27,273 nt of DNA from an uncultured Deferribacteres bacterium (GTDB taxonomy: Bacteria > Zhuqueibacterota > Zhuqueibacteria > Zhuqueibacterales > Geothermadaptataceae): positions 1 to 27,273 of the forward strand of contig CAXHAT010000101.1 of the NCBI GenBank assembly GCA_964014485.1. The letters run 5' to 3'. The number at the start of each line of letters is the position of its first letter. Positions within the stretch are counted from its first letter, which is position 1. Below the pieces are notes generated by a model. It searched no databases, was not told the DNA's origin, and saw only the letters and a program-made list of their open reading frames with translations. Below, in pieces: positions 1-8,700 of this stretch. Both the position numbers and the translations under genes were made by a program.

Positions 1-1983
1 AATGACATTTTCAGAAGAATCTTCACTGAAGATGATCTCCAGAATCGATCTGCCCAAAACCGGACGCAGAATTTCATCACAACGCTCCAGCGTCTGACGA
101 AAACGCGGATGCGTGTCGTAGAGCGTTTTGCCCATGCCGGCATACTGCGCGCCTTGCCCGGTAAACAAAAAGGCGATTTTGCCGCGCGCTTGGGCTTTGC
201 CTGAAATCACCTCCGGCATGTTCTCATTTTCTAGAAAAGCATCCAATTTTTCCAAAGCGTCTTCGCGCGATTGTGCAACGACCGCCGCGCGATTTGCAAA
301 CCGAGCGCGACCGGAGTTGGCGCTAAAGCAAAAATCACCAAACTCACTTCTAACACTTTCTTCTTCACGGAGAAATCCTTGTAGCTCCTGAGCTTGTGCC
401 TCCAGGCCTTTCTCATCTGGCGCGGAAAAGGTGAAAAAGTTATGCGTGCGCTCCGATTCTGTTTTTTGGATCGATACAGCAGGAGATTCTTCTAGAATAA
501 TATGCGCGTTTGTGCCGCTAAAACCAAAACCGCTGACGGCGCCGCGACGATTTTTCTCGCCGGTGAGCCACGGCGTTCGCTCGGTCGGCACGGTGATCGG
601 GACATCTTCCCAGGGAATGCGCGAGCTTGGTTTTTTAAAATGAATGTGCGGCGGAATCTCTCGATTTTGCAGCGCAAGCACGACTTTGATCAGCCCGGCT
701 ATTCCAGAAGCCGATTCCATGTGTCCGAGATTGGTTTTGGCTGAACCGATCTTGAGCGGATTTTCGCGGTCATGACCTTTACCGTAAACTTGCGCCATAG
801 CTTCCACTTCAATCGGATCGCCGAGGGAAGTGCCCGTGCCGTGCGCCTCGACAAAATCGACGTCTCCGGGTTCGAGTTTCGCATTTTCGAGCGCCTGACG
901 AATCACTTCAGCTTGCGCCAAACCGTTCGGCACGGTCAAGCCGCTGCTCGCCCCGTCCTGGTTGACCGCCGACCCGCGAATGAGCGCCAGAATGCGGTCG
1001 CCGTCTTTTTGCGCGTCGCTCAGACGTTTGAGCACAATCACGCCACAGCCTTCGCTGCGCACAAAACCGTCCGCCGCGTCATCGAAAGTTTTGCAACGCC
1101 CGTCCTTCGACATCATGCCCCATTTTGAAAAACCGATGTAAGTTTCCGGCACGACAATGACATTCACGCCGCCGACCAGCGCCATGTTGCAATCGCCGGA
1201 TTTGAGGTTTTGCACCGCTAAATGCGTCGCGGTGAGCGAAGACGAGCACGCCGTATCGACCGCCATAGCCAGGCCGTTCAAGCCGAGCAAGTAGGCTACG
1301 CGCCCCGGTGCGGCATTGAGCACGTTGCCGGAAGCCAGATACGCGTCGATGTTTTCCAGCGGCGCGTATTTCATGTGCATTTGCCAGTACTCGGTCGTCG
1401 TGATTCCCGCGAATACGCCGGTGAGGCTGTCTTTCAAACTGTCCGGTGCGATGGCGGCATTTTCCAGCGCTTCCCAGCACACTTCAAGAAAGAGCCGGTG
1501 CTGCGGATCCATGCTCGTGACTTCGCGCGGCGTCAGGCCGAAAAATTTGGCGTCGAATTGATCAACTTGATCGAGAAATCCGCCCCAGCGCGTGTAGGTT
1601 TTGCCCGGCGTTTCGCGGTTGGCGTCGAAATAATCGTCGATGTTCCAGCGCGATTTCGGCACTTCGGTGATCGCGTCCACGCCGTTTTGCAGCAAGCGCC
1701 AATAATCATCCGGATTTTTCACCCCGCCGGGAAATCGACAGCCAATGCCGACAATCGCGATCGGCTCATTTTGATTTTTCTCCAGCGACGCGACTTTTGT
1801 TTCGAAGCGGTTGATTTTGGCGAGCGCCTGTTTCAGGACGGCTTTGCGATCCAGTTGCCGCGGAATGCTGTCTGCGGCGGTTTGGTTTGGCTTGGGGGGG
1901 CGAGACTCTTGTATCCGGCGCTTCTCGGACCGCGCGCTTCCATCCGGCGAAAGTTTTGCCGAACGCTTCGATAAATCGTGCAT
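1..1983 (-). CDS. Type I modular PKS 'PKS4', 3'-truncated by window edge: N-terminal docking region, KS, KS-AT linker, start of AT
   Basis: Read manually; absent from ORF track because no stop lies in the window. ATG at 1983, open frame to position 1: [13 protein letters not shown]...[16 protein letters not shown]...[10 protein letters not shown]...VDTACSSSL...[14 protein letters not shown]...[12 protein letters not shown]...[17 protein letters not shown]...[19 protein letters not shown] Cys-His-His triad intact. Confidence 0.95.
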   Translation of the reverse strand, partial: MHDLSKRSAKLSPDGSARSEKRRIQESRPPKPNQTAADSIPRQLDRKAVLKQALAKINRFETKVASLEKNQNEPIAIVGIGCRFPGGVKNPDDYWRLLQNGVDAITEVPKSRWNIDDYFDANRETPGKTYTRWGGFLDQVDQFDAKFFGLTPREVTSMDPQHRLFLEVCWEALENAAIAPDSLKDSLTGVFAGITTTEYWQMHMKYAPLENIDAYLASGNVLNAAPGRVAYLLGLNGLAMAVDTACSSSLTATHLAVQNLKSGDCNMALVGGVNVIVVPETYIGFSKWGMMSKDGRCKTFDDAADGFVRSEGCGVIVLKRLSDAQKDGDRILALIRGSAVNQDGASSGLTVPNGLAQAEVIRQALENAKLEPGDVDFVEAHGTGTSLGDPIEVEAMAQVYGKGHDRENPLKIGSAKTNLGHMESASGIAGLIKVVLALQNREIPPHIHFKKPSSRIPWEDVPITVPTERTPWLTGEKNRRGAVSGFGFSGTNAHIILEESPAVSIQKTESERTHNFFTFSAPDEKGLEAQAQELQGFLREEESVRSEFGDFCFSANSGRARFANRAAVVAQSREDALEKLDAFLENENMPEVISGKAQARGKIAFLFTGQGAQYAGMGKTLYDTHPRFRQTLERCDEILRPVLGRSILEIIFSEDSSENVI

Positions 1984-2030
1984 CTCGTGCTCTTGTTGTC
2001 AAATCCAGGGTGTTTATCTAGCGAGCGCTA
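1918..2030. repeat. Diverged direct repeat copy A (PKS4 first ~22 codons plus leader); partner at 9789-9902
   Basis: Manual alignment: core 1963-2013 vs 9834-9884 is 48/51 identical; start codons 1983 and 9854 are in register. Confidence 0.9.
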
Positions 2031-2453
2031 TTTTTTCTTTCTTTTTGGCTTATACGGAAGTTTCAATTGCTCAATTTCGTCTTCAATTTGCTCGAATTCC
2101 GGGTCTTTGTGAACGAGTTTTGCATTTTTAAATTTCGCCAGCCCAGCGATACAAGCATCGGCAAAAGACAGGGTGTGGTTCGCCTTGATCACACCGGTAA
2201 TTCTCGTTAATTGACTATCAACAGGCTCTTGTATAATCATCAGATTATCGACCAATTGCATCCGTTCGTCAGCTGCTTTCTCCCCTTGCTCTTGCAGAGA
2301 AATATAAAAGAGTTCGATACAGCTCGTCGTCGAGATATATAACGCCGTTTTACCGTCATTCGCTTTTTGCAGCAAACCTTCAATCTGATCCGCGCCTTCT
2401 TCATCTTCGATGTAAGCCAGTAACGCTGATGTATCCAATACAAAGATCGTCAT
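2028..2453 (-). CDS. vapC: PIN-domain toxin, VapC family (type II TA)
   Basis: 141 aa; N-terminal FVLDTSALLAY, conserved acidic residues in CIEL and LSFADACIA, LVHKDPEF near C-terminus. ATGA overlap with the upstream small ORF. Confidence 0.88.
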   Translation of the reverse strand: MTIFVLDTSALLAYIEDEEGADQIEGLLQKANDGKTALYISTTSCIELFYISLQEQGEKAADERMQLVDNLMIIQEPVDSQLTRITGVIKANHTLSFADACIAGLAKFKNAKLVHKDPEFEQIEDEIEQLKLPYKPKRKKK

Positions 2454-2677
2454 CGGGCTCGCTCTTTCGCTCGGTCAGCTAACAAGGCGTTCATAAGCCG
2501 GCCGTTTCCTGAGCCTCTGAGCTTTTTCATTGCAGCAATTGATTTCTGCTTTTTCAAAGCCTTTTGCACGGCTTCGGTATTGTCAAATTGTACGGAAAGG
2601 CGCGTTTCCGGCGAAAGTTGCAAATCTTTAATTAACGCTTGCAATTCCGAAAGCGTAATGTGTTTAAATGATTCCAT
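2450..2677 (-). CDS. Putative antitoxin cognate to the VapC toxin
   Basis: ~75 aa from ATG 2677 (alternative TTG start at 2701). Directly upstream of, and overlapping by 4 nt (ATGA), the PIN toxin; C-terminal ...KLRGSGNGRLMNALLADRAKERAR. Assignment rests on position and size. Confidence 0.7.
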   Translation of the reverse strand: MESFKHITLSELQALIKDLQLSPETRLSVQFDNTEAVQKALKKQKSIAAMKKLRGSGNGRLMNALLADRAKERAR

Positions 2678-2718
2678 GCTTTGTTCTTTTGTTTCTCTCA
2701 ATAGACACGTTTATCTTC

Positions 2719-2754
2719 ATAATGCTATTTAGCATTATTTTTGAAATCAAGCAA
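2719..2754 (-). promoter_or_regulatory. Putative sigma70-type promoter with overlapping palindromic operator upstream of the vapBC-like pair
   Basis: Minus strand TTGATT (2750-2745)-N17-TAGCAT (2727-2722). Perfect inverted repeat ATAATGCTA-tt-TAGCATTAT at 2719-2738 covers the spacer and -10. Confidence 0.55.
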
Positions 2755-2798
2755 GCTTTTGCTGCAAAACAAAGAATCACAGAAAGCGAATTGTCTAC

Positions 2799-5700
2799 TC
2801 AATTCATCAACTTCTCCGCCAACATCGCCGTCAACTCATCTTCCGTAAAATCATCATCTTCAAACGCTTCAGGTTCTTCTCCCTCGCCTGAAACGGCCAT
2901 CAACTCCGGGATTTCTTCCTGCACAAACTGCATCAATTTCTCGACCGTCGGATAATTGAAGGTCAGCGTCGTCGGCATTTTGCGGCCAAAACCGATTTCA
3001 AGGCGACGGCGCAGTTCAACCGAGGTAAGCGAATCCATGCCGAGGTCGAAAAAGCCTTTGTTGAATTCGATCACGCTCGGATCGTCGAGTCCAAGCACGG
3101 TCGCGATTTGCGTTTGCAAGTATGTGGTCAATTTCTCTTCGCGCTCATGATCCGGCGTCGCCGCGATTTCCTGAACGACGTCGCGGATTTCCTGCGCCGT
3201 TTCTTTTAAACCAGCCTCCTCAATCTGAATTTCTTCAAAAAACGGCTGCGGTCGGATCGCTTCGTAGGCCGATTTTAACTTGCGCCAATCAATTGCCGAG
3301 ACGACCGTGTTCGGCGCATTTTCCGCGATCAACCTCTGCATCGCTTCCAACGCCAAATCGGAGTTCATCGGCAAAAGTCCGTGTTCGGCCACAGCTTCCT
3401 TCTGCGCGTCGCTGAATCCGCGCATCACCTCCCACGTGCCCCAATTGATGCCGATCATCGGCGATTCGGGATCAATCTCGTGCGTCCAGCGCGCAAAAGC
3501 GTCGAGAAACTGATTCGCGGCGGCGTAATGCGCGTAGCCGTTCGCGCCGAGCAGCGCGGTCGTTGATGAAAAGCAGATGAAGAAGTCGATCCCCTGCTTG
3601 GCCGCATCAAAGGACGAAGCTTTTCTATCCATGTCATTCCCGTCACTCTCCGCCACGTCATTCCCGCGCAGGCGGGAATCTATAACTTGCGCGCCGTCAC
3701 TGGATTCCCGCCTGCGCGGGAATGACGTGAGAGGCCGGTCTTCAGCAGTGCTGTTTTGCAAACAATTCCAGAGTGTGATCGTCCCCGCCGCCTTCGCTTC
3801 CAACATCGCGTCCAAATCTTCCGGCGACATTTCAGCAAGCGGTTTCGCCGAAGTCAGCGCCGCTGCGTGGATCACGCCTTTCAGCGGCGGCAGCGAATTG
3901 CCGAATGCCAAGAACTTTTTCTGCATTTGCACTTCGTCGACAACATTGAGCTGCCAAACATGAATTTCGACGCCTTGATTCTCCAGATTTTTGATCGTCT
4001 GGACCGCTTCGAATTTCGGATGATCTTGAGGGAGATTTTCCCATGAATCACGATCCGGCAAACCGCTCCGCCCTGTCAAAACCAGATGCTTCGCGCCTTC
4101 GTCGACCAGCCATTTTGAAATTTCCAAACCAAGTCCGCCCAAGCCGCCGGTTATCAAATAAGCGCTGTTTTCATCAATTTCCAGATTCGCGGCATTTGGC
4201 GCATCCTGACGTTCTAATCGCGGAACAAATCGACCGTCTTTTTGCAAAACAATCTGATCTTCCTCCGAATTTTGTTCGATCACGCTCAGAATTTCCCCCG
4301 CCGCTTTTTCGCGCGAAAGATGAGACTCGACGTCGATCACGCCGCCCCAGAGATCGGGATGTTCCAAAGCCGCGCCGCGCGCGAACCCCCAGAGCGTCGC
4401 GCCGAAGGGTTCCGTGCGCGATTCCGCTACATCGCTGATCTGCGCGTTTTGCGTCAAAGTCCAGATTTTAGGCGAAAATGATCGATTTTCGTTCAGCGCC
4501 TGGAGCATGTTCAAAATCGGATGTAAAATGCGTTTTTGTTGATCGGCCAAATCACTTGCGGAGCAATTTTCAGGCAGAGCCGAATCCATGCCCCAGCCGT
4601 AAACAATTTGGGGCGAATGAAAATCGCCGCAATGCTCAAAAACCTGCTGCAAATCGGATTTTGAGTTTGGCGAAATCGTAAATTGATGTTTTGAATCATG
4701 CCCAAAGTCATCGCCGGATTCAATGATCACGCACCGATCTTTTCGTCGCTGCAATGCTTCAACAAATTTTTGAGAATAGCCCTTTTTGTCGGCAAAAATG
4801 ATCCAGTCGCGGGTCGAGTGCGCGTTTTCGCGGTTTCTCGAAACGAGGATGGACTGTTTGTACAAACGCCGGGAACCATCTGCGGGCAAAACGTCGGTTT
4901 CTTCAAATCCGACCTCCGCGAGAACATTTTGCCACGCTTGCGCGGAAATCAACGGATGATTCGGTCGCAATTCGTGATCGGAAAAAGCCCACCAGCCGGA
5001 AAGCAGGCCAAAAACCATGTCGATCCAACGCTGTTTTTCCGTTCCTTCGAGCATCAGAAAAAGTCCGCCGGGCGCAAGCAGTTTTTGAATTTGCGCCAGC
5101 GACCGCTTCAAATTCGTCGTCGCGTGGACAACGTTGGCGGCGATAACGATATCGAAATCAGCGGCGGAAAAACTTTGCGCGAAAAAGTCTTTTTCCAAAT
5201 CTAGCAGCGCGTATTCGACGAAATCGTAATTTGCGAACTTTTCTTTCGCGCGTTCCAGAAAGAACGGCGACACATCTGTAAAAACGTATTCCGTCAGTTG
5301 CGGCGGCAGTTCCGGCAGAAGAAAGGTCGCTGTCCCGCCAGTGCCCGCGCCGATTTCCAGGATGCGCAGTGTTCGGTCGCCGGTCTGTTTTTCAAAAACC
5401 GCCGCCAGCGCTTCCCGCATCATCACATTCGCCGTTTTGCTGAAAGCCGAATCGCTGTAAAGCTTTTCCGCCGCGTCCGAACCGCCCTGTGGAAAAACGA
5501 CTTGCACCGGATCGATCTCGCCCTTGAGCACTTCCGCCAGATGCGGTCCGCATTGTTTGACCAAATTTAATTCGATCTCACACGTCGGATGTTTTTGCAG
5601 GAATTCGGCAATCTCTCGCGTCGAGTCAGGCACGGTCGGCATCTTCAAAACGCGAATCTCATCGCCGATCAACTCGACGATCTTTTCTTCGGCCAGCATA

Positions 5701-8700
5701 TCCAGAAAGCGCGCGAACAACTGCCGCTGCTGCTCGACGACGCCCGACTGCTCGACCAGCGTTTTCAATTTGAAATTTCGCCTTGCTTCGAGCACAACGT
5801 CGAGGTTTTGAAATGCTTGCAGAACGTAAGACAAAGTCAATTTTTCCAAATCCGGCGCGGCGGCGATGAACGCGGCCATTCCGTTTTCGGCGCTCAGCCT
5901 TTCAGCCAAAACATCGAGGTTCGCGGCGATCTCTCCCGGCACCATCGAAACGCCGCGCGTTTTTTTATCGCTCCGTTCATTGGTCGATTCCAATTTCCGC
6001 CAGGCAACGCGATAGAACCAATCATTCAGTTGCCGTTCCCGAGCGGCGGCGAAAAGCGAGCGCGGCGCCCGGCGCATCTCAAAACCGTCGAGTTCCGCAA
6101 CGAGAGACTCGTCCGCGTTAAAAATCTTCACCCGTCCGCGCAAGATATTTGGCTCGTCCGCGACCGGCTCGATTTCGCACACGCTCCACAGTGAATTTTG
6201 CGGCGCGGCGAAAAATTCGAGCCGCTCCAAACCCGTCATCAGAAAAATATCATCGCTCCCGGCGACCGCTCCGGCCAGCGGCACAAGCGGCTGCAAACAA
6301 GCGTCGAGCAGCGCCGGATGAAAACCGAATTTCGCGGCGACCTCGTCGTCATTCGCGGCAAAATTGATTTTTGCCAGCACCGCCTTCTTGCCTAAATGAA
6401 TTTTTTGAACGCCCTGAAATGACGCCCCAAAGCTCAGACCGCGCGTAAGCAAATCGTCGTAATGTTCTTTCCCAGAGATTTCTTCAGAACATGCCGTTCG
6501 AAGGTTTTCCAGGTCGAGCACGAGCAATTTGCCGTTTCGTGAAGCTGCGTTTTGCCGTCTGAAAACGCCCTGCGCGTGCCGCGTCCAGTTCGCGTCGTCT
6601 TCTTGTGATTGGCTGAACGCCTGGAATTTAAAAACGCCGTCGTCGATCTCGGTGAGCGTTAGTTGCACCAGGGTTTCCTCTTCTTCGCTGAGAAAAAGCG
6701 CCTCTTCGATTTTGATTTTCTCGAAAACGATTGACGCATTTTCAAACAAGTCCCGGCTCGCAGCCGCGACCATTTCCAGCCACGCTGCTCCCGGCATGAC
6801 CACGCGGTCGGCGATTCGATGATCTTGCAAAAAACGCCCAACATCGAGCGAAAATGAAATTTCATAAACCGGATTCGGCGTATTTAAGCGATTGCCCAGC
6901 AGCGGATGTCCGAGTCGGTTCGGCGCGCCCTGCGAGACGCTGCGCTTTTTGCCGGAAGAAAGCCAGTAGCGTTTGTGCTGCCAGGCATAGTGCGGCAATT
7001 TCACAAATTCATCACTCGGCGGCAGGACATTTTCCCATTTTGGATCGAAGCCGATTTGATAGAACCTGCCGAGATTCTTGAGCATCGACGTGCGTTCGTC
7101 CTCGTCGCGCAAAGTTGTCGGCAGCGTTGTGCCGACGCGGTTTTTCTGTTCCAAAACCTGCGCAATCGAGGTGAGCAGCGTCGGGTGCGGGCTGACTTCG
7201 ATGAATGTTCGCAGTCCCTCCTGTTCTATCACGCGCTCGATGGTGTTGGCAAAAAGCACCGGTCGGCGGAGATTGCGCCGCCAATATTCTTCATCAAAAA
7301 CTTCGCTGGTCGCCAACTCGCTCGTCACCGTGGAGTAAATCGTCGTTTGCGGCGTTTTCGCGGAAATGCCGCGTAAGGAATCGCGCAATTCCAGACTGTA
7401 CGGCTCGATGCGCGGGCTGTGATAAGCAAACTGCATCGGCAGCATGCGGAAGTGAATATTCTCCTGTTCGCAGCGTTTTTCCAGCGCTTCCATCGCCGCC
7501 GTCTCGCCGGAAATCACCACGGTGTGCGGGCTGTTGATCGTCGCGATCCACGCCTGGTCGGGATAATCGGCGAGCATGTCCTGCATTTTTTCCTGCGGCA
7601 GGCCGACCTGGGCCATGCGGCCCTCGCCCATGACGGTTTGCATAATTCGCCCGCGATGGAAAATCACCCGCGCCGCGTCTTCCAGCGAAAGCGCACCCGC
7701 CAAATGCGCCGCCGCCACTTCGCCAAAACTGTGTCCGACCAAGACCTCCGGCTCCACGCCCCAGTTTTGCCAGATTTTCGCCAGCCCGACCTGCATTGCG
7801 AAAAGCGCCGGTTGCGTAATTTCGGTGTCGTGAATGCGCGACTTGTCTTTTTCAGCAAAAAGTTGATCGATCAACGACCAATCCGCGTGCTTGCGCAATT
7901 CCGCGTCGCACGCTTCAATGGTTTCGCGAAACAACGGCTCTTTTTCGAACAGCGACCGCCCCATGCCGATCCACTGCGGCCCCTGCCCGCAAAAAACGAA
8001 AACGATTCCGCTCTCGCCTTCTTCAAATTTTTGACCGCGCTCCAGTGCAAACTCAGGATCGCCGTCCAAAAATCTTGAAATCTGTTCCCGAAGCGCAGTG
8101 TGCGAATCTCCGGCGACCGCGATGCGATGCTCATGATGACTCCGCCGCAGCGCCGTCGTTCGGCAAATCGCTTCCAGGGGAACGTTCTGTTTTTCACCCA
8201 AAAAATCAGCATAATTTTTCACCATCCCCTCCAGCGCCGCCTTCGAATGCGCGGAGATCGGCAAAACCACGCCCTGCGTCAAAAACGCAGCAGTATTCCC
8301 CCTTTGAAGGGGGTTAGGGGGATGTAAACGCCCGTCCCCGTTTCCTGAGACGTTATCGTTTTCATCTGAACTATTTTGAGCGCCTACCTTGCCTTGAGAC
8401 GACTCCGAACATCCCCCCTGCCCCCCTTCAAAGGGGGAATTGGCGGCGCTTCGCGCCTTATGAAATTCTCCCAAAACCACATGTCCGTTCGTCCCGCCGA
8501 AGCCGAACGAACTCACTCCGGCAAAACGCTCCCCGGAATTCATCCACGCGCCGCCTTCAGGTTGAATCGTCAACCGCGTTCCGTCCAAAGAAATGTGCGG
8601 ATTGAGTTTGGTAAAATGCAGATGCGGCGGAATGAATTTGTTTTGCAAACAAAGCACGGCTTTGATCACCCCGGCAATGCCCGCCGCGCCTTCGAGATGG

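Noticed and set aside
1222..1974. 250-aa plus-strand ORF and similar long antisense ORFs (5589-6194, 7419-8078, 13213-13860, 19044-19775, 22965-23696, 26539-27105)
   Set aside because: Shadow ORFs opposite well-supported PKS/dehydrogenase genes; no recognisable motifs. Their mutual similarity just mirrors KS homology.
1..1983. PKS4 as a pseudogene because it is missing from the ORF track
   Set aside because: Manual translation shows an uninterrupted frame with an intact KS triad; it is absent only because the stop codon lies outside the window.
8295..8440. Rho-independent terminators at the GC-rich hairpins
   Set aside because: They lie within open PKS frames, occur as inverted pairs and lack consistent U-tracts; better explained as REP-like elements.
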